From Bugula neritina (Eukaryota; Animalia; Bryozoa): DNA of 64,000 nucleotides. Positions 24,801-37,900 of this stretch are shown piece after piece. The stretch covers positions 20,786,628 to 20,850,627 of the forward strand of contig OZ037767.1 in assembly GCA_964035545.1 (NCBI GenBank). The letters run 5' to 3'. The notes under the pieces were generated by a model. That model saw only the letters and a program-made list of their open reading frames with translations. It searched no databases and was not told the DNA's origin. A program made the position numbers and the translations under genes. Every line of letters begins with the position of its first letter. Position 1 is the stretch's first letter.

Positions 24801-27653
24801 TTAACTCTTGCTCTATGGAATGTTTGTGCACTTAGCTGTGATGTAACAGGTTTAATAGAGAAACTTGACATTCCCTAGGGACAAGACAGACGATGCTGTT
24901 TTCAGCCACACAAACTAAAAAGACCGAAGACCTAGCTAGAATTTCTCTGAAGAAGAGACCGATCTACATCGATGTCGAGGAGTTTGAGCAACACTCCACA
25001 GTTAGTGGCCTACAGCAGGTATGAAAACAAGCCCCTCTGGTACTTGGCAATTGTACTGGGAACTTGGTCTTTGTATGAATTATTGTCATCCTTGAAAATA
25101 GACTTGAAAAAGTTCGGTTAAGTACCTCGAACTGCAGTATTATATAGAAATGAAGGCCCAAGGTTTAAGAAACCAGGTTGTTGTTTTCATAATGCTATGA
25201 AATCACATGTCGGTCTCGGTTTTAGGGCTATGTCGTAACGCCATCGGAGAAGAGATTTCTTCTTCTGTTCACATTTCTCAAGAGAAACAGGAGGAAGAAG
25301 GTGATGGTGTTCTGTTCCAGCTGCATGGAAGTGAAGTTCCTTCACGAGCTCTTGAATTATATAGACATACCAGTACAGTGTATACACGTAAGTGTGTTAA
25401 TCTATCTAATATGTATGTACGTGTACATGTATCTGTGTCTAACTCTATCTGTCTGTGCGTATGCAGTATTTTGTATGGTAACTTTCTGACGGTTTCAGGG
25501 TAAACAAAAACAGACCAAACGGACACAGACATTCTACCAATTCTGTGCAGCAAAGGACTCCATCTTGATATGCACAGATGTGGCTGCTAGAGGTCTGGAC
25601 ATCCCCTCTGTTGATTGGATAGTCCAGTATGACCCGCCGGATGACCCCAAGGTCAGTGCTAGCTCATGAGTCCCGCGCCGGTTGTCTGGTACTTGCAGAT
25701 GCGTTTACTTCTGTATTCAACTGTCACTTTGTTTTATTGTAGGAATATATTCACAGAGTTGGTCGAACTGCCAGAGGTGAGGGAGGTGTGGGTAACGCCC
25801 TTCTTATCCTGCAGCCTGAGGAACTCGGTTTCATACGCTATTTGAAACAGGCCAAGGTGCCCGTCAGCGAGTTTGATTTCTCCTGGAGTAAAGTGGCAAA
25901 CATACAGAGTCAGGTGAGTGAACTTTCACACCTCTCCCCCTTCCGCCCCTTTCCCTCACTAGTGAGTGACTATTACAGAGTAACATATACTCTCTCTGTA
26001 TTACATAGTAACTTGTACTCTCTCTGTATTACATAGTAACTTGTACTCTCTCTATATTATATAGTAACATATACTCTCTCTGTATTACATAGTAACATGT
26101 ACTCTCTCTGTATTATATAGTAACTTGTACTCTCTCTGTATTATATAGTAACTTGTACTCTCTCTGTATTACATAGTAACTTGTACTCTCTCTGTATTAT
26201 ATAGTAACTTGTACTCTCTCTGTATTACATAGTAACATATACTCTCTCTGTATTATATAGTAACTTGTACTCTCTCTGTGTTATATAGTAAAATATACTC
26301 TCTCTGTATTATATAGTAACATATACTCTCTCTGTATTATATAGTAACATATACTCTCTCTGTATTATATAGTAACATATACTCTCTCTGTATTATATAG
26401 TAACTTGTACTCTCTCTGTATTACATAGTAACATATACTCTCTCTGTATTATATAGTAACATATACTCTCTCTGTATTACATAGTAACATATACTCTCTC
26501 TGTATTATATAGTAACTTGTACTCTCTCTGTATTATATAGTAACTTGTACTCTCTCTGTATTATATAGTAACATGTACTCTCTCTGTATTATATAGTAAC
26601 ATATACTCTCTCTGTGTTATATAGTAACTTGTACTCTCTCTGTATTATATAGTAACTTGTACTCTCTCTGTATTATATAGTAACTTATACTCTCTGTATT
26701 ATATAGTAACATGTACTCTCTCTGTATTATATAGTAACATATACTCTCTCTGTATTACAGCTGGAGAAGTTGATAGAGAAAAACTACTTCTTGCACAAGT
26801 CGGCCATTGCGGGCTACAAGAGTTTTGTGCGGGCGTATGCTTCCCACAGCCTGAAAAACATCTTCAATGTTCAGCAGCTGGACCTGAAGGCAGTAGCAAG
26901 ATCTTTTGGGTTCCAAAACCCTCCATATGTGGACCTAGGTATGTCTGTGCGTTGGTGCTCTTTTCAGTTAGTGTTATATGAGTTAGTATCACAAGGACTA
27001 GTGAAATGTTAGACTAGCATAAGCTAGTTTTACAATAATTCCTACACCATAGGTATTGCATAAGTTGTTGGTATATAACAACCAGTTTGTAGAGTTATGA
27101 ACTTCATAAACAGCTTAAGATTGGATAGACAACTCTTGAAAGTTGCTAATTCATATACTTTCCCATACAGTACACTTTCTACTTACTTTCTGTTTATTTC
27201 TGTGAAGCTGACATATGTTGCATCAACCAGTCTTTAGTTAGTCTCTACTCGTAGATCAAAGCCAAGTCTTTTATTTTCCAACTACTCAGTGACTTGTTCG
27301 CTAGATTTGCTCTCAAAATATCTTAAAATACATGGAAGTTTAATCTGCCTCTAGTCTGCTTTAGCTATATTGTGGTACTTATAGTTATGTTCTGGTACTT
27401 GTAGTTATGTTCTAGTACTTGTAGTTATATTCTAGTACTTGTAGTTATATTCTAGTACTTGTAGTTATGTTCTAGTACTTGTAGTTATATTCTAGTACTT
27501 GTAGTTATGTTCTAGTACTTGTAGTTATATTGGTTCACGTGTATTTCAGCCATTCAAGGGAAGAAAACTGTTGGAAGAAGAGAATATAGTGGGGGATTTC
27601 GAAAAGGAAAAAACAAGCAATTTAAGTCTAAAATTTATAAAAAGGTTTCCTAA
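21804..27653 (+). CDS. DDX18: ATP-dependent DEAD-box RNA helicase DDX18 (Has1/pitchoune), 672 aa
   Basis: 14 coding exons: 21804-21831, 21993-22052, 22308-22441, 22691-23003, 23367-23522, 23751-23855, 24028-24176, 24408-24573, 24879-25018, 25226-25387, 25499-25651, 25743-25913, 26761-26938, 27550-27653 (2019 nt). Helicase motifs: Q motif [55 protein letters not shown]. Family-typical sequence: [41 protein letters not shown]. Confidence 0.97.
22120..22232. repeat. 30-bp intronic tandem repeat x4 (cacactcagtactatatattatatgatatt)
   Basis: Units at 22120, 22150, 22180 and about 22211 in DDX18 intron 22053-22307. Confidence 0.92.
22757..22912 (+). repeat. coding tandem repeat giving an acidic (PQED[M/I]SEDED)n tract in the DDX18 N-terminus
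   Basis: 18- and 30-nt units gaggacat(g/a)agtgaggat / gaccctcag within exon 22691-23003. Confidence 0.9.
25979..26760. repeat. about 28-bp minisatellite (agtaacatatactctctctgtattatat), about 27 copies, ending at the DDX18 splice acceptor
   Basis: Fills most of intron 25914-26760. The final unit ends ctctctctgtattacag|CTGGAG. Confidence 0.97.
27362..27530. repeat. 20-bp intronic minisatellite (tctagtacttgtagttatat), about 8 copies
   Basis: Tandem units ending about 20 nt before the acceptor of the last DDX18 exon. Confidence 0.93.
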
Positions 27654-27747
27654 TGTTAGTTTTTAGCAAGACTTAATTAAATGTATTTATTAGCCTGTCG
27701 ATGAAGTTCTTGTGTATTTTACATACGTGTAAATATTGCATTTATGA

Positions 27748-27771
27748 AATAAAGTCTCCATTTTTAATAAA
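27748..27771 (+). terminator. DDX18 polyadenylation signals
   Basis: AATAAA at 27748 and 27766, about 100 nt after the stop codon. Confidence 0.6.
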
Positions 27772-30700
27772 AAAAATCATTTATAAATTCTTAATGGAGT
27801 TGTCCCATCTGTAACTTGTATTACATTTAAATAGAATAGATGACTCAACTAACTTTTCATTTCCAAAATAAAAAAATAACGAATTAAAATCAAGGTAATG
27901 CTGAGATGGGATGAAATATAACTTTTATTTCCGCCGCTAGAATAAAAACCATTGTAAATCGATGCAAGTTAGAAAATATTCAATTACGAGAATAAAATTA
28001 CAAGAAGTGCTTCGAACTTCTATTCAATTGCACACTAAACTGGTGAATATCAAGTAGCAATTTTAATTATTACATTGATGAAACTTGAAATGTGACATAA
28101 TTTTGGAGTTTTAATGTCATTCTCTCATATGTATTAAATTACATTCTACAATTGTCCTGATTTCCAAATATTACTTTATAATTCCAAAAAGAACAAATTT
28201 TTTTATTACTAGAACCCATCAATGTTGAGTAAGGTTTCATCTAATAGTCATAGTTTTCCAAAAAAATGCCTGTATGCTTTAATGAGGTCGTAAGATCAAA
28301 CATGATGCACACATCAGTCAGTGTAGGAATTTGGGTGTTTCATTTTAGAGCTGATAGGATAAGTAATTCAATTTAATGAATACCAGAGTGTTGTGTTACT
28401 AAATAATATAGTATCAGTATAACTGCTCAGCTGAGTCAACTGATATTGTATTTCTATACTGAAGATTGAGTTGCCTCTCTTGTAACTGAAATCTTTAACT
28501 CTACAGAACTAAAAATGTCTGCGTGCATTCAACAGAAGTTATTTCAAACAAATATCTAGACTACAACTAACTTATGGAAACTTGAAGGGTTTCTTTTCCT
28601 TATTGAAATGAGTAGGCCTACATATTACAGGTAACCTTAGCTTTTTGAGCCACCCTAAATTAGCTGCAGGCATATGTATTTATAGAATATGATCAGTTTT
28701 CCCTTGAAATCAGTTTAATTTATGACAGAGCTGAAACATTTTTAGATCAACATAGAGCTATTAGAGAACAGGTTGCAAAATTGTATAAAATAAATCAATA
28801 AAATTTAAAGTTGGCTCTCTAATAAAACTGTAATAATGAATGCAGAAGAATTGAGGTCATCTACCTACAGGACTCAGTTAGATACTTATATAAACCATAA
28901 AGTCAATGGTATAGTCAACAATTATGTGTAGAGTGAATACAACAACATTTAAATTATACCTGATTTTTAAATAAAATGAGAACTGTGTATGTACAATCAC
29001 AATTGGATAAATTTAAATGGCTTACTAAAAGTTTCATGTATGCAGACTGTTCCCTTGCTAGATTGGTAAATTTAAATCGCGGTATATATATATACTACTG
29101 TGATAAAACTATTTACCAATTTCATGCAGTCCCCACCTGGCTTTTAATCCTCTTTTTACAGATTGAGAGAAAAATTATCTATTTTGCTCAAAGAATAATG
29201 GATTTGACTACTGAACATTATGTTAATTGGTGCCAAATAAACTGTTGCAAGTATTCTGATGTGGTTTCATTTTCATGGTTATTTATCATGCACAATTACA
29301 TTTTGATTTTTAGAGATATTTTAAAATATATGTGTTTTTTGAAGCTCTCTTGATATTTGTCAATAACTAAAACATGCATACATCACTTGAGTTTTGGCTA
29401 TGGATAATCTTCTATAGTTTAATGTAGTCGGAGTGTTCATTAATCAAACTGTCATAGCAATTGTCACATTATTATAATTTTCTGTGATTAATGCTACTAA
29501 ATAAAATTTAAATCTGATTGAAATATATATCTTGACCTAAAAAGCTCATAGGCAATTTAATAGTTATGTATGTATATTTTCAGGTGTGTTTCTCAAATTG
29601 CCACTGCAGATTGTGCAAGTCACAAAATTCAGTTTTTAAATATATTCTATATGCAACTTTAAATGACTTATCATCTAATGTTTACCAAAAGTTGCACATG
29701 CTGCGGCAAAAAAGAAACATTAAAATGTAAACAACATGTAAATCCTATGCAATTTATCCCTGACATAATAGAGATCTGATACGTCTGATATAATCTCATA
29801 TAATACAACTTAAACATTGGAAATATTAACACAAATATTGCATTAGGATATCATTTTGTTAAACATTATGGGAATCATATGAAAGGAATGTGACCTGATT
29901 TATCTATAGAATATACATTATTAATAGTAGAATTAATTTGAATGTGCTACTTTTAGTTTCATATAACATAATATCAAGTTTCGAGATGCAGATAACAAAA
30001 GACGAATTTAATTTTATGCTTCTTGAACCTTTAGAAAATGTTGGTGGCATTTTTTTCAATAAACTAGTTTACAATATTTAAGAAATTTATCTTCTTTCAT
30101 CAGTTGATCGGTTTGTTAGAAGTCATTCATGCGTTGAAAAGTCCCAGTACCGAAAAGACGAGCTAACGAACTTCGCTTCTTATAAAGTCGTATTTATTAT
30201 CTCATTAGGTATGAGAAGTTATGGACCCATTGAATAATGTATTTGATATAACATAGGTGTGTTATAACAACTTTATGCAAACTAAGAAGTTGCTGCACAA
30301 CCATGTCATTTAAATATGTGAGGGGAGGTTCAACCTACTCCACCACCAAGCTGAAGTATATTATTACAATATATAAATAGATCACCAACTATAAAGAACT
30401 TATTTTAATTTTGACATGTGTGCAATGATAATTTATACAGAATAAACTACAGTCATTTACATAATATATAGGTTATACATAAACATGTGCCAGTTTACTT
30501 TGCTTGTATTGAATGTGTAGTCTTGTCACTCTTGTGTATCCTTTCAACTATTATGAAGGGTGGTCAGACTCAAGAGTTGACCAGGTTATGTTAAACACGA
30601 CTTAAAATTCTATATAGCCTGAATTTAGAAAACTTGAAATAACTTTTGAGATTTGCTTTAGTAACAGTTGGCAAAATGTAAGTGGATCCAGGAGCTATGA

Positions 30701-31684
30701 CATGGCAACCTACAGTTAATATGCTGTGTAACATAGTAACTTGCAATCACCTGCCAGCCCACTCAGCTGCTATAGCATATAACATGAGATTGAGTATACT
30801 TTGGAAATAGAGTAGTATGAACAGGTGGCCAAGATGCTTGTCAGTATCACCCAGCAGTCATTGCATATTTTGTAACATAGCTGCCTTTTACCAAAGTCAG
30901 CATTTAAGAATTCTATTACTGCACATCTTACATGCTTTTAAATATTTTGCTTTTACTGTGTAAACTTAGACATTTTACTTATAATACATGTATATGAAAA
31001 GTCGGTATGTTTATAAGTATTTTAAAAGAAATATAATATAGCAATTAGCAGCTATTAAAAATTGGCTATATAATTATTATTTGCATTTGTTAGTACTTAA
31101 CTAATTGTTTTGCAGCATATGAGATGTGTGAAATGGTCTTTTAGAAGTCGGTGATGAAAATATTAACTACCAAAGTTATGTAAATATTTGTCAAAACACT
31201 TATAACTGTAAATATTTATACATTATTATTAATAGTATAATATTATTATATGCATTTATATATACAGTATATATTATCATTTATATATCATATGCCGTCT
31301 ACCAGGCCTATAAAATATAGTAGTATGCCCAGTGTGGTGTCTTGAGCCGGTTTGTGATGCAAATGCCAAAATATAACTTATCTATAAAGCTAAGTTTATT
31401 ATCAATCTAGCAGAACACTTTATAAATCTAATAAAGTCTAAGTTATAAAATTTGTTTAGTGAATTATTCCAGGCTTATATTTGTAGACCTGTGCATGATA
31501 TATAATTGGTATTTATATATCAGTATTAACTTATAAATAATAATATAGAGTAAGACTTATAAAACAAAAACTTTTATGTTAAAAAATATCCATTGCTAAA
31601 AAGTACGTTGCACTAACAATTTATTCAGTCTAAACTTTAAACTCTAAAATATTTAGCTAGTTTGAAACTAGGCCTAGAAACTTC

Positions 31685-31840
31685 TCCAGATGACGACCAC
31701 CTGTTGAACTATAGATTAAGTGAAGCACGTGTATTTGTTATGGTAATTGGCCAATAAAATAATTGCGCACTACGATGATGCGCAATGTTTTTGTGCACGT
31801 GCTGCATTTTAATACAAAATCCTGTGCGTTCAGTTGCTGT
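31685..31840 (+). promoter_or_regulatory. Quaking/HOW proximal promoter
   Basis: CpG-retaining patch with CACGTG at 31726 and 31796, palindromic double CCAAT (attggccaat 31746-31755), C/EBP-like ttgcgca/tgcgcaat, and Inr-like TCAGTT at 31830, about 100 nt before the ATG. Confidence 0.55.
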
Positions 31841-31930
31841 TTGTGTTAGTAGCTGGCTGGCCTACCAAGTCCAATGGTAAAAGTTGATTAAAAGAATAGC
31901 TTTCTCACTAGTCACCTACTAATCGCTCAC

Positions 31931-34900
31931 ATGAATTTACTAACAATGGGTACTGAGAGTAACAAAGAAAAAACGGGAGCCGAATATCTTTCACAATTAT
32001 TAAAAGACAAAAAACAAATTCAAGCTTTTCCAAATGTTTTTCTTCACCTTGAAAGAATTTTAGATGAGGGTGAGCAACATTATAACATACAGATACTAAA
32101 ATTCTTGAAACTAATCAATCTTATTAACCCATGCGATTTTACTAATCATCAACCTTAACTCTGTAACTGTACTAATTTCTGGTATGGATATTTTTTATAA
32201 TTATTGTATTATAATTAAATTTAATATAAGTATAATATTAATTACTCAATTTGAATTAGTATTGCTATTAGTATTACTATTAGTTATTATTAAATTATTA
32301 TTTTCCAACTAGTCGTATTCTTAATATCAATACTAATAGTACATTACTATTAGTATAACTCTAACTAAGTGTAACTCGAACTCAACTGAGTGTAACTGTA
32401 AGTATAAGTGTAATTAAACTCGACCATAATTACAATCATGATGATGTTTGATGATAGTCATAAATCATGAAGTTAACAGTTACGCTTAATTTTAATTGTA
32501 ACCTACTAATACTACTAGTAGTAGTAAGAGTTAACTAATGAACTATTAGTATAATTTACCGTTGCATTATTAATATTGTCATTGTGATTGTGATAAACTA
32601 ATAGTAATAGTTATAATAATATCAATAGTACATTTTTATTACATTATAATTATGAAAACTCTATACTCTTAATTAAGTGATAGATGTGCTGGTAGTCATA
32701 TTGATACTTATATTGATATTCATTTTGAATTTAATTGCCCCAGACCTAGACTGAATAAAGTACTATATATGCTAGTAGTGTCTTATTAGTAATCATAGTT
32801 ATGGTGAATTTGAGTTATTCTAAACTACATATAGTTTTTTTCAGTACTGTGGAGTATTACTAACCTTCCTCATCATTTGATATGACTAAACTAACAACAT
32901 TGACATCTTAAAGTTAATTTATTTTGAAAAATCATTTAAAATTGTTTTTAGCGTGAAAGTATCTGTTATCAATCAGCTCTTGTTACCAAATACACGTCCT
33001 GTCTTTACGAAAATGTCACCCAGTACAGAAAAGTAGTCAAAATACAATACTATTAGCATTGCTTCTGCCAGGATATTAAACTAATATAATGGGCTGCAAA
33101 ATTACCTTTATGATAAACTCATTGCATATTGCATCAAGGTGAAAAATTTGTGACCAGGTTATAAATAATGCAAATAATTTTAACTTGGGATGAGTTAGTG
33201 TAATGAATGTAATAAAGTAGTCAAGTACTTTTAATGATAGTTGTATTTGATATTATTATTAATAGGGGCAAACTGAAAGGTAGTGGGTGGGCAGCTCGAC
33301 ATTCTTATAGACTGGCTATGTGCAGGTGTATTAAATATTTTCTGTTCAATTGTTGGTCATATTATTTATATAAATTTAACAAACAAAATTAACTTTTTTT
33401 ACCCAAAAATGTGATTACAACCCTAGCTAGTTTCTGATGAAAGTTTGAAAAAAGGTTGACACAGTTTGAAGTTAAATTTATTTAAGCCAAACGCTGATTT
33501 CTCTGCACAAAACCTCAATAAGGTCCCCATAGTCACCAGTTTTAGAGGAATTTTTGCATTATGCGTGCTTCAATTCCAAACTGCAGGTCTTTTCACTTGA
33601 GGCTAAAGCTAAACATGCTAAGCCAAAAGTCTATGCTCCTGCATAGCTAGATTTTTATGACTTCTGTCTGGTAAAAGAAGGACGCTGGCGTTAAAAATTC
33701 AGTCCATGACTCTAATTAGTGATTCTCGTATATATAAGTTTTAATCAGCTGTAACTCGATTGGTAAAAATGAGTAGTTGGTAAAAAATCTTAGCCTCAGT
33801 TAATTGTTCTATTATATGGGCATAAGTCAGGCACCCTTAAGAGATAACAGTTGGAAGTTTTGATTTACTGACCCAAGGTTAGAGTCAATCTAAACCCAAT
33901 AGTTTTAAAAATTTATCAATTTGTATTTGAAATGAGTTATTCAAGCTATTTATAGGTTGTTGGAACTGTCAAAGAAGTTCAAATTGGTTGTAATTTTTGT
34001 TTTAATTTACTTCTTGAATTGATATAAGCCAAGTAGAAGTATACAGCTATAGGTACACATCAATAAACTTCACACCACTTATAGTCTTTACTCCAACGAG
34101 TTTGAAATGTTACTAGAATGCTAAATTTTAATTAGGTTATTGAAGCAGTTTCCAATGCAGTCAGTACTTCTTAATGTCAAATTTAGGCTGTTAGTAGTAT
34201 ACTTCATAATTTAGGAATTTATCCAGGCCAACTGGTTCAAATTTAATCATGAAAAGGAAAGGAACTTGATGATTGGGCACTGAGCTACTACTCATTAAGG
34301 GAAGTAGAGCTCTTGCACAGGTCACTGCAGAGATAAACTGCATCAACAACCTCCTCACTCTCAAGTGTATTACATCTTCTCTTGTGAAATAAAATGATTT
34401 AGTAATTCAACAGGTTTTAAGACTTTGAAAGCCTGGTGTAGTTTTTAATCCAGTGATTTATGTAGTGATTCTAGCGGGGAGATAGCTTTAAAATATGCAG
34501 TTTATTAAATTTTATATCCTTAGGCACCCGAATTAATGGTAGCTTATAGTTCATAATATAGATATACCATCCCAAAGCTAGTTAAAGATTATGGGAATTT
34601 CACTTGTAGTAAATTGTTGGCAAAGCGCAGTTTCTTTACAATCCACAACTGCTAACCTACTAAACCACTCATTCCTTAACTCTCAAATTGTAAACCAAGG
34701 CTGGCTTCAATTTTCCTCTAGAGTCTAGACCAAGTGTATGATATCTGGCCATGTTTCAGTACCCCTCCCCCATATCTTACTACATGCCAGTCCATTTGCT
34801 CGTTGTTTTCATACTTCATTACTCGTCTCCCTTGGAGACGCTGAATCACGGCTTGGAATCTGTACTGAATTTGGTAGTAGAGCTCACCGTGGTAACCTGG

Positions 34901-37900
34901 TGACAGTACGGGTGATTAATGCTACTCAAGTCGGAAACAAATCGACCTAGATTTGCCAGCTCATAGCTGTGAGTAGTGAGTTGAGCTGGCCACCTCAGTT
35001 CAAACTGACGGGATTAAAAGCTGCAACATGCACTGTATTTCTTTCATACACGATTTGGCCAGTTATGATATCTTGTATACTCATTTCAGTAGTTTTTTTA
35101 ATTATCTAAAATTTGTTGACCTTAAACACTATTTTCATTTAAAACACACTTTCTTTTTCTAAATAGTTGCCAGCTGAGGATTTGACAGTTTAAATTCTAG
35201 GCTCTGCGTTAGCTGATGGGCCGCCTACTGCCTCATTAAATTCATAAGCATTGTGTTAGCCAAAGTTATGGTCCTATAACTTTCTTTATTATTAATTAGT
35301 AAAGGAGTAGATTTAGTACAATGATTACCCTACGCTCTCTACACTGGCTGCTTTCAGTAGTAAGTGATAGGCCATGCCGTCTGCTGCATTACCTACTATC
35401 TACTCACTCTCTCTCATCATAGTTCACTGGTCTACTAACACTCGGTCCCTTCTCACCCGCTGGTCTACTTCGACATCACAATACAATGTGGTCTAGTGAA
35501 GTTACTGTGGGATCTGTCTTCTATCAACTTACATTGTCTTGGCACGCAGCATAATTCCTTCAACAACTTTACTTTTAAATTAGATTAAGTGAACTTGCAG
35601 CCGAGATGTACAAGCAGTGTGCTGCCGTGAACTGTATCACATTATGTTTTACTTGTAGAAATAAATAAAGTCCGAGTGACACTATTTAATCTCAAGAAGA
35701 AACCTCTGGCTCTCCCGGAAGAAGATGGCAGTACTAAAGTCTCACTCACAGAGAAGTTATTTGTGCCAATCAAAGAGCACCCAGATGTAAGTCAGCGTTC
35801 TACGTCAGCAAATTACTCATCTCCATACGAGTGGCATTTGTTTACATACAGTAGTACTTTATCTTTGTTGAAAAGTTGGCTGGTAGCTTTGGTCAAAAGA
35901 GGGTCACACCCTGAACTGGGGGAGGGGGGGGGGGACAAGCAGCTGCAGCTCTCTCTGTTTCATAGCAATTCAATTACTGAAAACAATTTGCTGCTATATA
36001 ACATAGATATCGAGATTCATTCGTTGATGGCTGGAGAAAGCATGTGCTATAATATAATATATTTTGTTATTTATGCTTAGATGCCAAATTTATGGGAAAG
36101 TTAATGGAACCAACCCTTTCAGGTATTGAAAATTAAAATACATTCCATAAGTAGCAGATTGACTTCTGTCACCATAAATCAAAGGCTTGCAGTGACTGGC
36201 TTCACTACCATAGAGGTTGTGTGTAGTTAGCTCAGTGTCAACTTATGCCTTCAGTGTTTCAGTTAAACTGTTCTTCTACTTCATCAACTCTCAATGCAGT
36301 GTCTGTTATAGGACAGTGTCTGTTATAGGACAGTGTCTATGCAGAGTTGGGGTCTAGAAATTTTCCGTTTTCTGTATGTGAGTTTAAATAAAAAAAGATC
36401 TATATTTTATTCCAGTTTTCAAAGTGAGTTGAATGGAGTATGACTATGATGACTGGGCTGGTTGGCTGAGCTGTGGATTATTTGTATCATGTTTATAAAC
36501 AATAGCTGCGTGTGTAACACAATGACATCACTGCTAGGAAACACTTTCAAAAAAGTAGCTACATTTCCTAGCAGAGTGGTAGGTTGGAGGGTTGGTTGTT
36601 GGGTTTGTTTGTATTAGGCAGTTACCATGGTCTTAGTTTATACTCCTTCTACTTTCACTCTAAGTCTTTGAATAACAAATACCTTCCAATGCCTCAATTC
36701 CATCCACGCAAATGCAAAGTCTATCAATGCAAAGAAAACATTGAAATGTTGTGAGAAGCTTGGTCATTGAAAAGATTTAAAACTACTAACTTAATACGTC
36801 TATTATATTCTTACAATAGAAATCGCACACCTAACCCATTTATTCCTGTGGCTGAAAGGATTGCAGCCTACAAATCAAAGCAGCCACTGAGCTAGAATGC
36901 GAGTGCATGTTGAGTGGTTGCCCATGGCCGGTCACGGTACCTACTCAATCGGTAAACAGCATAGCTGTGATGTCACATCCTTTCTGTTATAGTTCAACTT
37001 TGTGGGTCGTATACTGGGCCCGAGGGGCACCACTGCTCAGCAGCTAGAAGAAGACACTGGCTGTAAGATAATGGTGAGAGGCAAGGGATCCATGAGGGAC
37101 AAGAAGAGGGTAAATCTCACTCCACTTCATATCTTTCTGCTCGGCCAACTGTGAACACATTTCTTGTTTAAATGTTGAGAAGTTGCCAACAGCTATCTTG
37201 TGTTATTAACCAGTTCACTTTCTGTTTATAACTTCAGCGTAATTAGATGATAATCATAGGATATCCTTTGATATTATCTGACATTCACTGTTCCTCTTCT
37301 CTCAGCTGTGCTGCCTTCTGCATTGCTGCCTCCTTTATGTCTCTTCAGGAGGAACAGCTGAAGGGTAAACCCAACTGGGAGCACCTGAGTGAAGAACTCC
37401 ACGTGTTGGTCACTGTGGAAGACACTCAGAACAGAGCTGAAGTAAAGATGCAACGAGCTGTAGATGAGATCAAGAAGTTACTAATACCAGCGGTAATTAT
37501 CTTCACCACCAGACTACATAATGCACTGTTCATAAGTACTCTATCAGTCCGTACTATAGCCACTGGTGGACTATTAAGTCATACTATGTGCAGAGTAGTT
37601 CCGTTGACTCAACCCCACAATGCAGTGTTTACAGGCTGCCTTTTGTCATGCCCCTTACACTTACCTCTCTCTATTCTATACACACATCTCTCTATTCTAT
37701 CTGCACACCTCTCCTCACTCTCTCCTACTTATGTAACACTCTTGCTTCAATTTAACTGTGTGCTGGTCTACCTGGGCCAACTCCTACCTGCCCAGTGCTC
37801 GTCTACCTGGGCCAACTCCTACCTGCCCAGTGCTAGTTGAAGATGTCTGTCTCAGTAGAAGCTGCTGCTTTGTGTTTGTACAGGTAATGCTGAGGGTCCC

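Noticed and set aside
25979-26760. CRISPR-like regular array
   Set aside because: Head-to-tail repeats with no unique spacers, inside a eukaryotic intron, with no cas genes.
34955-34990. 9-bp perfect hairpin gccagctca/tgagctggc in QKI intron 1
   Set aside because: A single short stem can occur by chance; no further support.
37247-37840. 197-aa ORF, the longest in the track
   Set aside because: Only 37349-37492 is a QKI exon; the flanks are intronic read-through.
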